From IMG/VR virus record IMGVR_UViG_3300000228_000002, positions 1 to 64,000 of that record: a stretch of 64,000 nucleotides of DNA; one strand, given 5' to 3'. This stretch comes from a virus. Of this stretch, positions 37,501 to 47,231 are shown in pieces. The notes beneath the pieces were generated by a model. The model worked only from the letters and a program-made list of their open reading frames with translations. It did not search any database and was not told where the DNA came from. Every line of letters begins with the position of its first letter. The stretch's first letter is position 1. The translations under genes and the position numbers were made by a program.

Positions 37501-38491
37501 CAACGTCAACTTCCGTACTATCCGAGTTTAGATATTCTCTATTCTCTGTAGCATGGAACATTTTGAAGTATTGAAGGTGTGAACCGAGACCACCACGGCC
37601 TAAGTATATAGCACCACTGACAACCAGAGGATCTGCCGGAGTGTTGACAGTAGTTATTGTTGGTTGTGCAAATTCTAGACCTTGAGTAACATACTTATTG
37701 GTGCTAGAAGGTGTCCCGTGAGAGCCTACTAGAGCGTCATTCTCACCTTGGGTAGGAATCCTTGGGTCTGTGTCAGTTACGAATTTGTTGGTATTCGATG
37801 GGGCACCAAAAGTTCCCTCAACAGCCAGTTTTTCTGCATCCGTTAAATGCTTCTCGTTGGCAAACAGGTTCTGTCTATGTTGTGTAAGTTGGGTCTGAAG
37901 GGCAATAACGTTGGTCATGTTGATCCAAGTAAAGCCGTTCCAACCGAACATGTTTACTGGGCCACCAATTCCATCAGTGACTTTATATGTATCGCCAATG
38001 AGATTGTCAGTAGCTGGTAACAGAGACTCTGAACTCAGAGTTCCTCTGTCTTGTCTACGACCAATTGGGTCGATAACCATTCTAGGCTTGAGATCAATGT
38101 ACGAAACTAGAACTTCTGTAGCAGTAAGGGGTATTATTACGTGGCCAAATACTATGTACTCATCTTTATTGATTAAACCATCAAAAACACCAGATTCCAC
38201 CACTTCGAAAACCACTGTCGGATCCGAAGTCTGGTTGTACACTACTCTGAGAGCTAGTACATTGGTCTGACCTACTGTTACGTCAACAGTCAAGACATCT
38301 GATGTCTCCTCGGCAACCATACCTTGCTTATTGAACACTTTCCATGGAGATATGTTCACCTTCAATTGAGAAGGGACAACAGTGATATTACCACCACTGA
38401 TAAGTCCAGGTTGAACCAATCCAACAAACCTTTCGTTGATGTCACGGGTAAGGTCTAGGTTACGATATTTTAAGAGGTACTTTCTTGACAT
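34583..38491 (-). CDS. Long tail fibre/spike-like structural protein
   Basis: 1302 aa; shares HRxNL...EKHLTD...GSHGTPS..N..VT repeats with 29655. Confidence 0.75.
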   Translation of the reverse strand: MSRKYLLKYRNLDLTRDINERFVGLVQPGLISGGNITVVPSQLKVNISPWKVFNKQGMVAEETSDVLTVDVTVGQTNVLALRVVYNQTSDPTVVFEVVESGVFDGLINKDEYIVFGHVIIPLTATEVLVSYIDLKPRMVIDPIGRRQDRGTLSSESLLPATDNLIGDTYKVTDGIGGPVNMFGWNGFTWINMTNVIALQTQLTQHRQNLFANEKHLTDAEKLAVEGTFGAPSNTNKFVTDTDPRIPTQGENDALVGSHGTPSSTNKYVTQGLEFAQPTITTVNTPADPLVVSGAIYLGRGGLGSHLQYFKMFHATENREYLNSDSTEVDVVAIYKDAGLTQLISDPGSEPLVDIDQYGFYIAGPLYLKFNVVPDLAYRLVHGIRNTLGSYKIDLLFDNQPKVAQTNRDVIKKFEEVSGITYDSVLPEKASNIELYEEVGDIKQYANSNTTTDMVVSDFDKMNSIPEYTGLYENNVGLINYTFENSTGITFTYNNITGVVTYVGSPNLGSVVGGNVFVDGGDNEFVIVGLTPTTVTIRNRKSQVPININTTISKVLHGSVKVDDNPRRINLSTMQLAQHRERIVASKMISVENEYHPVTGQLAFEIQEPLKSVIHKENRLRAYGNIQTRTVTNPLAGPNGGPKTQVFSVNSARYTITGHFTDLELISDTNASSPSIGVIVDGVTYPNFDLSYGGLAVSFDTLSDIKTKNYPIVSNLQDGVTHTVEIIIPDATPEFVFYGFDLIRREFDQANLLPGRAFVQGDAVYQDQVEVIPLNEVGTLRRGAVTSILYNRELQIQSHFSPMTDFDGNSLTPVGSVFVGSNQITVGTGTVKLANFFRIGDIVKVVTATNEETKIITNIVGPVVTFDSNFNMAGSGALIHICSTISESYDKEVEARRIIAEFCGLATFGEFLQLPPIVVDRVSILEDGSTKFISKEISFTELNVEGYERALVFPNPTSRLKICAVCSSMDIIVANSSNIAFSYTINGSPAISKSTGIEGYTRIQLFANGRFQAYEVEIYNAQNMNIVGFIFKEPEAVNKPAGLDISQIKYLAAYRVSLNNPNTGNLPGANLPLGSVGFDAYTSLVRFIDGLGLPWSSSIDWTKLYGRYNRSNAEGSYFEWTFYGRTLAFEYTATDDSGYALVQAKFNNDLSFRIVKEENFPGAVFAGGIIRNDIIGGGNAGGIVDMYAAVPARKRIEVEFPDYGKYTIRVQIPSPMANNSNSSDFYINVNQIFFTNSYGYFGYANELARSTRYYLGYSNQYDRRNFGNGTKSLDDLISTVGDVFDLVDEGQGDSNIIDGGSFV

Positions 38492-38554
38492 CTATGACTC
38501 CAGAGGGTGTTGTATACCTTTGAAATTTAACTTCGGGCTCAACCCCGAGGTGTC

Positions 38555-38583
38555 TTGACAGGTACAAGGTATTGTGTTATAGC
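38555..38583 (+). promoter_or_regulatory. Sigma70-type promoter (leaderless transcript likely)
   Basis: TTGACA-17 nt-TATAGC with a TG extension; ATG at 38590. Confidence 0.65.
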
Positions 38584-38589
38584 TATTAA

Positions 38590-38871
38590 ATGTCAGAAAT
38601 CACCTGTACGAAAATCAAGATGTGTAATATTTGCCCCTTCAAAGATTCGGACTTCTAGAAGTCAGAGACTATGCAGGAGGACTATCACAGGGTGGCTATG
38701 CTATCCATGGCCCACGAAGGGGAAGAGGTGTGGACATGCCTGCACCACCTCAACTACGAGAAGTCCGACATAAGGTTTCAGTGCCATAAGGGTGCCAAGG
38801 AACTGGTCAAAGCCAAGAGACATGTCCACGTTATTGACTACGTGCCATGCCACGATATACTTACCCTATAA
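38590..38871 (+). pseudogene. Cys/His-rich gene interrupted by an in-frame TAG
   Basis: MSEITCTKIKMCNICPFKDSDF*KSETMQEDY... in a single frame; TAG at 38656-38658. Confidence 0.55.
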
Positions 38872-38888
38872 CAATCCAAGGGGTAGTT

Positions 38889-39077
38889 ATGTCAAGACCA
38901 GCTTCAAAATTAGAAGACCTGAAAGTAGGCAAGACATATAGATGTTGTAACCACGACATCGTATTCGGACAAGAGTGGTTAACACCAGTTGAAATTGATC
39001 TTAAGGAACGCAAGATGATTTACGAGAATGCTGCTCGTAACAGACAGACCGTCAAGTTCAAAGAAAGAATTGGTTAG
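38889..39077 (+). CDS. Small hypothetical protein
   Basis: Likely start MSRPASK after an AAGGGG RBS. Confidence 0.5.
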   Translation: MSRPASKLEDLKVGKTYRCCNHDIVFGQEWLTPVEIDLKERKMIYENAARNRQTVKFKERIG

Positions 39078-39112
39078 TCTGGTTGGTTCTCATTTAACAA
39101 CACTCACCCAGC

Positions 39113-39550
39113 TTAAATCTCAACCTGAATAGCAATAGTTCTCTGCTCAGCATCAGTTTTCACTACAAGTGGTGAGTTACCTACTGCAAAGAGGAATGTC
39201 GTGCCAACGATAGGATCGGCAGGGATTGGAGAATACGTGTACGTGGCAATAAGGCCAATGTTTGATAGGTTCCCTACTGCCTCAAGAAAGTCCAACTCAC
39301 AAGTGTATTCCACACAGTAAGCAGTGACCAATGTCTTATTGGCAATGGCTTTAGGTCCAAATGTCTGACCCGGCAATGTGATCAATGCTGGTTCTGGGGT
39401 AAGAGCCACGTTTGGATCACCAACATCATGCCCACCACCGCCTGTAACGAAATGAGTGATAGTGAATGCCACACCTGATTGGAGAAGATCAGCTAGTGCT
39501 GAACGACCTTTATCGGTTACTGATGCAATGATTGAAAAACTTGATGCCAT
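39113..39550 (-). CDS. Tail-collar/fibre-attachment-like protein
   Basis: Start MASSFS (GGAG RBS); VTDKGRSALA...LSNIGL...LFAVGN. Confidence 0.65.
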   Translation of the reverse strand: MASSFSIIASVTDKGRSALADLLQSGVAFTITHFVTGGGGHDVGDPNVALTPEPALITLPGQTFGPKAIANKTLVTAYCVEYTCELDFLEAVGNLSNIGLIATYTYSPIPADPIVGTTFLFAVGNSPLVVKTDAEQRTIAIQVEI

Positions 39551-39578
39551 TGTAGCTCCATTTATTACAAAATATAAC

Positions 39579-40889
39579 TTAGATTTCTCCACCAGTAATG
39601 GCTAGTTCTATGGCTAGGTCCACATCGTTTCTTGTGGTATTTAAGCTCTGAGTGAAGTAACTATAATAAGGCCAAGGATTTGCATAGTTTGGTGGTGAAT
39701 GTACTATGAAGGTGTCAAGCCCTAGTTGATCGTTCTCATACTGCTCAAATCTTCCAGACAGTGACCATCCTATCCAACCATCCGACCATGGATCGACATC
39801 GTCCGAGTCAAACGGTAGGTTGCTATCAAACGGTTCTTCTATATCAAAAGATTGTCTAGCATTACCAATTGGGTTCTCAAGGACTAGATCGAATGTATAG
39901 CTTGCGCCTTTCATTCTCCACTCCATATAAGAACTGATAGTCATACTAACTCGAATGTTGTTGAAACACTCGGTTCTAGCCAACTGCTGAAGGAAATCCG
40001 CCCCATATCTGTCTAAGTCGAAGGCATGCGTTCTAAGTTTGCCTTGGAAGTAGTATCTGATTTGTTGCTCATTAATATCAACTATTTCATACAAGCTAGG
40101 GTTAGCTGCCAAATACTTGATCAGAGTCACAAACTTGGTGATTCCATAGTTCGGAATCCATGCATGAGCTTCAGTCCCATAGAACTGTGACGCTAGGTTC
40201 GTCCAAGGGTCACCCTCTGGATCGAATTCAAAAGTGTCCTTATCCATCTGATTGTAGACGGGATTGGCAAGAGTCAAGGACTTGATGATATCGTTAACAC
40301 CTTCGTTGGTACCTGGAGAATGGAGAATCCCGCTAACCGCTAATCTGGTAGCAAGTGTCCTTAGAGACTGTATCTCTGGTAACAGGTCTTGTATCGGTAG
40401 AAAAGGTTCCACCAATCTTGTAGCATAAAGGGAGTTGACAGCCTGTTTCTGGACATCAACTTTCCTTATAACGTTGGTATAGAAATCCCTTAGGAATGAC
40501 AACCAGATAGTTAATATGTCGTTTACTGTGATGTAGAAAAAGAAGCTTTCATATACACCATTAGTGGTTTCGATAAGTATCTTGTTCTTACCGAGGCCCA
40601 GTTGTACGGAAATTGTAGATTCAGTAGATGTAGGTATTACATCAAATTCGTCGACGACAGTTCTATCATCTACACCAGCATCGTTGCTTTGAGACCTTTC
40701 AACAAATATCTTAAGAGATTCGTTGAGGCGGTCAGTGGTTAGCCTAAGTACTGTTGGTCTAGGAAGATATGGAATAGTATCCTTGGTAATCTCGTAGAAC
40801 TTGCCCCGAGGAGCACCATAAGGTTGACTATCCCAAATGAGATCAAAGTACGGCTTGTATATCGAATGTTCAATCTCAAGGGTTAACAC
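39579..40889 (-). CDS. Baseplate wedge-like protein
   Basis: Lies directly after the baseplate-J-like gene; HSPGT..GV motif. Confidence 0.5.
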   Translation of the reverse strand: MLTLEIEHSIYKPYFDLIWDSQPYGAPRGKFYEITKDTIPYLPRPTVLRLTTDRLNESLKIFVERSQSNDAGVDDRTVVDEFDVIPTSTESTISVQLGLGKNKILIETTNGVYESFFFYITVNDILTIWLSFLRDFYTNVIRKVDVQKQAVNSLYATRLVEPFLPIQDLLPEIQSLRTLATRLAVSGILHSPGTNEGVNDIIKSLTLANPVYNQMDKDTFEFDPEGDPWTNLASQFYGTEAHAWIPNYGITKFVTLIKYLAANPSLYEIVDINEQQIRYYFQGKLRTHAFDLDRYGADFLQQLARTECFNNIRVSMTISSYMEWRMKGASYTFDLVLENPIGNARQSFDIEEPFDSNLPFDSDDVDPWSDGWIGWSLSGRFEQYENDQLGLDTFIVHSPPNYANPWPYYSYFTQSLNTTRNDVDLAIELAITGGEI

Positions 40890-42286
40890 TATCTAACCGC
40901 CTTGATATCTACATTGTCCTCTACGTACTGAGTGAGTTCATTCAACCCAAGAACAATTGTCTCAAGGTTGGTGATAGAACCTGTGTCTCTTCTAAATCGA
41001 GTAATTCTTAGAGTCTGAATCCCTGCTACGTTTTCGTTGATCAAGTTTCTGATTTCTGCAGGAGAAATTCTATCTCTATTTATAGCCAAGTCCAGGAACT
41101 CTTGAATCTGAGTCCTGACTGCTAGTGCCACTTCTTCGAAGGAATAAGAAGCTAGCACTTTCAATTCTATTGTGATAAGTGGTGATACGAAATTGAACTC
41201 TCTAATTAGATAGTTCGTTTGGAATAGCGATTCTGAAGAATCAGAAAACACTAAATCATCTACATCACTCAACACTTTATTGTAAGAGTAGATGTAGTCC
41301 ACTGTGTCGCCCAGAGCGATAGGTGTATCGAGCAGTATAGTATCAATGGCTTCTTTCGAATTTCCAGTGTCCGAACTAGTGTCTTTAACCAACTCGAAGC
41401 CAACACTCATAGAATTGTTAATCACCACACTGGTGACACTCATAACTGGTTGGTTTTCTGGAACAATTTGGGTTTGACCTGCAGTAGCCACGATAGACTC
41501 ATTTGCCACTTGCTCTTCAGTACCCAGTACATAAATGTCGATTGATGGTCTTAATTGAACTCTTTTGAATTCTGGGTCTGCTGGTGTAACAACCTGAACC
41601 AGTTGTACAAGGCTTGGCAATGTGTCGCTGATTCTTTTCCCTATCCCACTTTGAGTGTTAAGGTTAAGACCAGTCATTGTGTTTTTAAGTCTTTCTGCTT
41701 GTTGAGTTACGGTTTCCGTAGGCAAACCTTGGCTCGACTTGACTCTATTCTCGGTAGCATCGACCCCTGCTACAGTGGTAACGATCCTCTGAACTCTGAA
41801 AGCTGGGAGTGCATATTCCGGCCCTACACCATCAGCTTCCACTCTCACAGCTATTTCATAAGCTCTTCGACCAGCGTTGTAGTATGAGTCTGCTTGAGAT
41901 ACAAGCATTGTTACTGCTTGAGTAGTTCTGTACAGTAGAGTACCAGTAGAGTTACCTACCAGAGTTCCTTGAGGTATTACTACGTTTTCTCTCGGTCTTG
42001 TGAATCTAAGGAAGTATTGGGTATGTGATGATCTAGTACCCTCTCCTGGTCTAGATCCGAAGTTATTAAGTGCTCTTCTAACCTCATCTTCAGTGATTGT
42101 CTCATCGAAGTTCAGGGAGAACAGTTTTCTGAGATTTTCGGCTTCTTCTTCCGTAACGGCAGTAATACCAGACAGTGGAACAGTGAAGAGGTCCTTAATA
42201 GGCCCCTGTACCGTGTCCCAAGAAGGGTCTGATGTCTCTATACTTAAAGCATAGTCTTTTTCTATCTGTTCCGGGGAGCGAGCCAT
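40889..42286 (-). CDS. Baseplate J/gp6-like wedge protein
   Basis: IPQGTLV...YRTT...VEADGVG...N...G...ET...ERL...IDIYV pattern. Confidence 0.8.
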   Translation of the reverse strand: MARSPEQIEKDYALSIETSDPSWDTVQGPIKDLFTVPLSGITAVTEEEAENLRKLFSLNFDETITEDEVRRALNNFGSRPGEGTRSSHTQYFLRFTRPRENVVIPQGTLVGNSTGTLLYRTTQAVTMLVSQADSYYNAGRRAYEIAVRVEADGVGPEYALPAFRVQRIVTTVAGVDATENRVKSSQGLPTETVTQQAERLKNTMTGLNLNTQSGIGKRISDTLPSLVQLVQVVTPADPEFKRVQLRPSIDIYVLGTEEQVANESIVATAGQTQIVPENQPVMSVTSVVINNSMSVGFELVKDTSSDTGNSKEAIDTILLDTPIALGDTVDYIYSYNKVLSDVDDLVFSDSSESLFQTNYLIREFNFVSPLITIELKVLASYSFEEVALAVRTQIQEFLDLAINRDRISPAEIRNLINENVAGIQTLRITRFRRDTGSITNLETIVLGLNELTQYVEDNVDIKAVR

Positions 42287-42325
42287 ATTAATTCCTTCAA
42301 TTGTTTCCTATTTAAGGTACAATTG

Positions 42326-42760
42326 TTAACGTGCATAAACCTTATCTATTTCAAGCAAATGGTTGAGTTGGGTTTCATTTAAGTCTCCCACGGTGGTAGC
42401 AAATTCTGCTGTTTCACCTGAACTATGTAGAACCTCTGCTAGGAACACAACCGTAGTCATATCTATTCTCTGAGTAAGAATTTTTTCGATCCTTACAATT
42501 CTATCTCTTTGAGAAGCTGCCACTTGTTTGGAAATAGTTCTGAAGAGTGCATCATAAATAGCTCTCTCAATTGCTACCTCGGCAACATCCGACGATATGT
42601 TCAGTTCGTTGAGGGTACTTCCAGTGTCGAAGAAGTTGCTATAATCTGTCAGAATTGAGTTGGCAACATCTTGAGAAGCCTTTTGAGCTCCGTCAACTAC
42701 TTCCAACACTCCATTCTCATCTCTTGACAATTTGCCATTCGATATTTTTAATGTTTTCAT
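42326..42760 (-). CDS. gp25-like baseplate/sheath initiator
   Basis: G.L..V.G..KA.QDV...ILT...G; sits upstream of baseplate J. Confidence 0.65.
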   Translation of the reverse strand: MKTLKISNGKLSRDENGVLEVVDGAQKASQDVANSILTDYSNFFDTGSTLNELNISSDVAEVAIERAIYDALFRTISKQVAASQRDRIVRIEKILTQRIDMTTVVFLAEVLHSSGETAEFATTVGDLNETQLNHLLEIDKVYAR

Positions 42761-42762
42761 CT

Positions 42763-43314
42763 TTATCTACCTTGGTAAGCTGATACTACTTTTTGCCACA
42801 CTTCGAACTCTTTCTTAGTATCGGCATCGGACTTAGATGCTTCCAACCTATCCGAGATAAGAATATTAACGTTGCTATCCTGGAATGCCTGATCTCTCAT
42901 AAATGAAAGTTCTTCTATTGGCTTTCTTATGACAGTCATCAATCGGTTTAATTCTCTTAATGAGTCAAATCTTCTATCTTCCCCTATGATTTCATCTCTA
43001 AATTGCTCATAGTTCTGAGTCTCTTTATCTAGTTCTGCAATCTTTTTGTCGGTATTGGTGGTGATGTTTGCAGCCAAAATTTTGAGTAGTGCATCCCTGT
43101 CTGTGGTATCGTTATTGATCTTAATATTCTGGCGAAGTCTCTGCAGAATCTTCTGTTTGGTTGCCTGTTGTTGTAGAATAAGGTATGCTTCAAAATGGTC
43201 TGATATAATGTTGGTCTGATCAGTCTGCGAATCATAGTACTCTGGCTTCTCGGAAGAGACTTTCTTATTATCATCTACAATCTTCAATTCGTCGTTTGTT
43301 AGATTAATGGCCAT
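42763..43314 (-). CDS. Helical structural/chaperone protein
   Basis: 183 aa, coiled-coil-like; structural operon. Confidence 0.5.
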   Translation of the reverse strand: MAINLTNDELKIVDDNKKVSSEKPEYYDSQTDQTNIISDHFEAYLILQQQATKQKILQRLRQNIKINNDTTDRDALLKILAANITTNTDKKIAELDKETQNYEQFRDEIIGEDRRFDSLRELNRLMTVIRKPIEELSFMRDQAFQDSNVNILISDRLEASKSDADTKKEFEVWQKVVSAYQGR

Positions 43315-43322
43315 TATACACC

Positions 43323-45485
43323 CTATACCGGAACTACAAATTTTCTAATGTTGACTAATGATCCTGACATCAGGGTGCTAGCAGTCTGACCCATACATGT
43401 AGCCCCATTTCTAAAGGTGTCAAGTCTATCAGGTGCAGTGTTGATTTCAGCTCTTAGACTGCCAAGACTACCGCTAAAGGCTGTGAATCCCGCACCTTGA
43501 GCACCGACAATGCTACGTATTTCCCGTAGATATTTGATTGCATCGTCCGTCAACAATTGCGGGGCCTTAATAGTGCAAAACGGTGGAATATAACTGTTAG
43601 CTGAGCCAATGAAACCGTCTATCATAGCTAAAGGCTTACACAAGAGTTCGTCTATGAGAGGAATTAACCGATTTAGAAGCAAAGCTACTAGCTGGTTGAT
43701 CTTCTCAGCTAGTGCTATAATCAAAATTTCCAGAGCTTCCAGGACGCCAGTGTTTAGACCGATGTTGAAGTCAACAGCACACTTGAATACAGATGAATCA
43801 AAGTTTCCTTGACCAATTAGGGTCAAGTACTTGGAAATAAATTCTGCTAATTTCCTCTTCAAAGGTGCAATCTGGGCCAGTAGCTTGTCTCTCAACTGGT
43901 TTACCATGCGAATGGCAGTTTGAGCAGCAGTGGCTATGGCTTTCATCACGTTCTCAATCACTACCCCGATAGTCCTATCGTATAATGCCTTGAGATCTTC
44001 CAAAATCTTGTCTAGTTCACCTATCTTTAGAGTGACATTAAAGTTCTTCATGTAATCAGTTCGTTGGAGTGCTATAAACCCTGGAGTGGTATAGCACGGG
44101 TACCCTTGAACTGGGGTAGCTGGGGGCAGAACTTCGATCAATACTCTACCAGTAAGGGTAGTCATAGTCAATATGAGCTGATCAAGAACTTGCGCTGTCA
44201 GTGTACCACTATTAATGTCTTGTGCAGTCAAAATGTCTGACAGACAAAACAAGATTATAGCATAATTTTGATCTCTCAAAGGTACTTGTGTATTCAACTT
44301 TCTGCTAGAAGGACCACTATCACCGGCTAACTGTGCCATAGTGGACATAAACAACTGCAGTAACTCGTCATCGGTTGCATCCAGGTCGATACCCAAGACG
44401 TATCTCTGGTTGAGTAGAAGATACTCTATCTGGGCATCAGTAAGCCTAGTACGTAGCTTTGCTAAAGTATCAAATTCCGTTACAACCGAGACCTCTGTCA
44501 GAAAGACCGAGATAAGTTGTTTAATTGACATTTCTATCTCTGTCAAAGATTGTTCAATTCGACTCTTCGTAGAGACTGGGTTAATGGAATTAAATCTAGA
44601 TTTGTAATACTCTAGAGATGTCAATAATTCACCACTGGGAGTTTTGACTTCCTGGAATAGTGGGGAGATCACACCCAAATTCGAAGATGGGTCCTCACCA
44701 TCCAGAATAGACGGAAGTTCCTCCTCAAACCCTTGACTGATCCACTTATTGATTACCGATGTTGTATTTTTTGCCGAACCCTTATGGAGTACCGTGCCAG
44801 TAATTTCTTTAATGTTAAACCCAAATCTCTGAGGTATTTCTGCATCAGTCAAATCTGGAACCAATAGTGGTTCCTTTTTGACTACAAGAACAGATCTATC
44901 TGGAAGTTCGACGTAGTCGGATCTGGTTATGGTGTTGTCATTAATACGAGTTCTTATGTCAGTTAGAGACAAACTCTGATTTCCCACATCCGGATCTAAG
45001 ATGTTGGAAGTTATCTGGAATCTGTAAGACACATCCGTTTGTCTGGTTATTTCAGCTTCCAGTTTCACAAGATCCCTACCAGTGGCATTGAATGCTCTTC
45101 TTAGGGTCTCAATATTATCAGGATGTACAGAATCTATGGTTGGCTTTTTGAAGTATATGCCATTACTTAGGACACATGCTGTATTGTCGAAGATGTAACG
45201 TTCGTCATCTTCTTGTGTATTAGGCCCGTCGATCCCAAATAGTGGTGGAAGTTGATCTACATACTGAATAGTAGAACCACCGCTATCACCAGCAGATAAC
45301 ATGTCTTGCAGACTCTCTTCGGCAGTGTCAATATCGGATTCAATGCCTTGATCAACGATTAATTGTTCAATACTGGCTATCGTGTCGTTGGCTTGTTCGA
45401 ATAGTTCTCCTAGCTCATCTGTGATAAGCTTCGAAAGGGTTTCTGTACTATCTATTGAACAATTGATTGGGGTTCTAGCTGCCAT
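43323..45485 (-). CDS. Large baseplate-associated protein
   Basis: 720 aa with a helical hydrophobic C-terminal half; first gene of the baseplate operon. Confidence 0.5.
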   Translation of the reverse strand: MAARTPINCSIDSTETLSKLITDELGELFEQANDTIASIEQLIVDQGIESDIDTAEESLQDMLSAGDSGGSTIQYVDQLPPLFGIDGPNTQEDDERYIFDNTACVLSNGIYFKKPTIDSVHPDNIETLRRAFNATGRDLVKLEAEITRQTDVSYRFQITSNILDPDVGNQSLSLTDIRTRINDNTITRSDYVELPDRSVLVVKKEPLLVPDLTDAEIPQRFGFNIKEITGTVLHKGSAKNTTSVINKWISQGFEEELPSILDGEDPSSNLGVISPLFQEVKTPSGELLTSLEYYKSRFNSINPVSTKSRIEQSLTEIEMSIKQLISVFLTEVSVVTEFDTLAKLRTRLTDAQIEYLLLNQRYVLGIDLDATDDELLQLFMSTMAQLAGDSGPSSRKLNTQVPLRDQNYAIILFCLSDILTAQDINSGTLTAQVLDQLILTMTTLTGRVLIEVLPPATPVQGYPCYTTPGFIALQRTDYMKNFNVTLKIGELDKILEDLKALYDRTIGVVIENVMKAIATAAQTAIRMVNQLRDKLLAQIAPLKRKLAEFISKYLTLIGQGNFDSSVFKCAVDFNIGLNTGVLEALEILIIALAEKINQLVALLLNRLIPLIDELLCKPLAMIDGFIGSANSYIPPFCTIKAPQLLTDDAIKYLREIRSIVGAQGAGFTAFSGSLGSLRAEINTAPDRLDTFRNGATCMGQTASTLMSGSLVNIRKFVVPV

Positions 45486-45533
45486 ATTCGTTAAGTTAAT
45501 TCTGCTTTCTCTTTATCAGGGTTAATTTCAAGT

Positions 45534-46406
45534 ATGATTTTCCACGATGTAGGGAGAGGGTCGGCATCGGCTTACTTCCAGAAAGTAAGCCAAGGTCTAA
45601 ACAAAATTCGATCCGAAGCAGAGGTTGAGAAACGCGACTTATCCTCAAGGGCTGCTCAACCTGGTTATCTGCCCAACCGTGTCCCATGGGTAATGAGTAC
45701 GACGGAGTGGCTAGAACAGGGCTGGGGAATCCAGTGGTGGTCGAATCCCTCCGACGTGACTTGGAATATTCGTCTGCGTCAATCCACCTCAAAAAATGCT
45801 AACTCTACTGTTACACACGTATGGGCTAATAATAATCGTGGTACACACTTTGATGAATTCGTACTGAACATGAATCTACAGTCTGGGAACTTGATTCCTT
45901 TTAATCGGAATAACCCGGTGGAGGCTTCTTCTAGAGAGAATGCCATCGCTCCAGGACTAGTAAATTTCTATGACTTTTTGAAGCTATTAGATGCCCCTAA
46001 GCTCACAGAAGATGGTAGAACAAACCACGTCATTATTAAGTATCATTCTAACATATTTCCATCTCTGACACTTATTGGCCAATTCGAAGCAGAAGGTGTT
46101 AGATTTAGTGATAATTCGAACGACCCAACCAACATTAGTGCTTGGTCTTGTTCGTTCATTGTGTACGATACTAATCCTAGAATATCCGATAACACACGTA
46201 ACACCATCAATAGCGATCTTCTTTCTACCACCTTGAGTAGAATGTATTATCCTGATCCTACAGGCGGTCTGCGTTTTGATACAGCTGAGGTTTACAATCC
46301 AAATAGTGGCGTTCCCGGTATCGATCCTCTAGGTCCTATTGAGCCTCAGCAGGCACCAGAGATTTCAGGTCTTTCATTTAATCCAATAACAGGGAAAAAG
46401 TTTTAA
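45534..46406 (+). CDS. Tail tube initiator/baseplate hub-like protein
   Basis: W..NPSDV.W...G.F...FSD......WS.SFIV pattern; divergent from the baseplate operon. Confidence 0.45.
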   Translation: MIFHDVGRGSASAYFQKVSQGLNKIRSEAEVEKRDLSSRAAQPGYLPNRVPWVMSTTEWLEQGWGIQWWSNPSDVTWNIRLRQSTSKNANSTVTHVWANNNRGTHFDEFVLNMNLQSGNLIPFNRNNPVEASSRENAIAPGLVNFYDFLKLLDAPKLTEDGRTNHVIIKYHSNIFPSLTLIGQFEAEGVRFSDNSNDPTNISAWSCSFIVYDTNPRISDNTRNTINSDLLSTTLSRMYYPDPTGGLRFDTAEVYNPNSGVPGIDPLGPIEPQQAPEISGLSFNPITGKKF

Positions 46407-46418
46407 TAGGGGAACAAT

Positions 46419-47204
46419 ATGGCTAATGTAGCTAATCAAATCACTTTCGTAGACAAACAACCAAATGGTTACTCATACGCAGACTTCATGGATGGGAAGT
46501 GTTTTCTTACTCTGAATCACCTAAATTCTTTGGAGTCTTTTGTTGCTATTAGCAGAAACGGGAACGAAGAGCCAACAATTTACTTCGTCTCAAAGAAATA
46601 CTTGGACGATGCTATAACTCTACTTGGGGTTAGTATGCCAGCTTCTACAGAAATCTCGGTTACTGATGATTTCTTATCAATGGCTATCTTCAAAGTTGTT
46701 GATCAGGTTTCAGGTAAAGTCGATGCAGGAAGAACCAATTCTAGCTATTTGACTGCTCGTATAGTCAATACTAAACAGTATAGTGCCGGGATATTAGTGG
46801 AAGGTTCACAATACAACCTTGCTGAGGTAGCCTCTACCACTAGAGGGTTTGTCTTGGCAAAAGATCACTTCGGGGTACTTAAGGGTTTAATTGATAGCCC
46901 ACCAGTTGAAGAACTCCAATTAGTTGAATTTGATGCCATCCCAGATGCTGGTGCATTTTCTTTAACTATTGGCGAAAGTTCAACAGCTCCAGTAGCCTTC
47001 AATGAAGGTGCAGCTGAGCTACAACTTGCAATTCAGGCGATTGCTGGATATGAGACAGCTTCAGTTATGGGCGACTATACTGCAGGTTTCACATTGAATC
47101 TTGGGTTTGGTAATACTGCTCAGGCTACTGTAAACACCAACACGTTGACAGCTGTTGCTGTACCTGTTGTGATTACGATTAGTACGACTCAAGAAGGCAA
47201 TTAA
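46419..47204 (+). CDS. Virion structural/decoration protein
   Basis: C-terminal EELQLV...GAFSLT...TAPVAFN..AAELQLAI domain, also seen in 29655. Confidence 0.6.
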   Translation: MANVANQITFVDKQPNGYSYADFMDGKCFLTLNHLNSLESFVAISRNGNEEPTIYFVSKKYLDDAITLLGVSMPASTEISVTDDFLSMAIFKVVDQVSGKVDAGRTNSSYLTARIVNTKQYSAGILVEGSQYNLAEVASTTRGFVLAKDHFGVLKGLIDSPPVEELQLVEFDAIPDAGAFSLTIGESSTAPVAFNEGAAELQLAIQAIAGYETASVMGDYTAGFTLNLGFGNTAQATVNTNTLTAVAVPVVITISTTQEGN

Positions 47205-47212
47205 ACAATCAA

Positions 47213-47230
47213 GGGTAGTGAAAGCTACCC
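47213..47230. terminator. Hairpin between convergent genes
   Basis: GGGTAG-TGAAAG-CTACCC. Confidence 0.6.
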
Positions 47231-47231
47231 C

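Noticed and set aside
717-44607. Numerous + strand ORFs antisense to long - strand genes (e.g. 1450-1965, 13451-13933, 28602-29069, 41555-41887)
   Set aside because: Shadow ORFs: fully overlapping real genes, lacking an RBS, with S/L/F-rich antisense composition.
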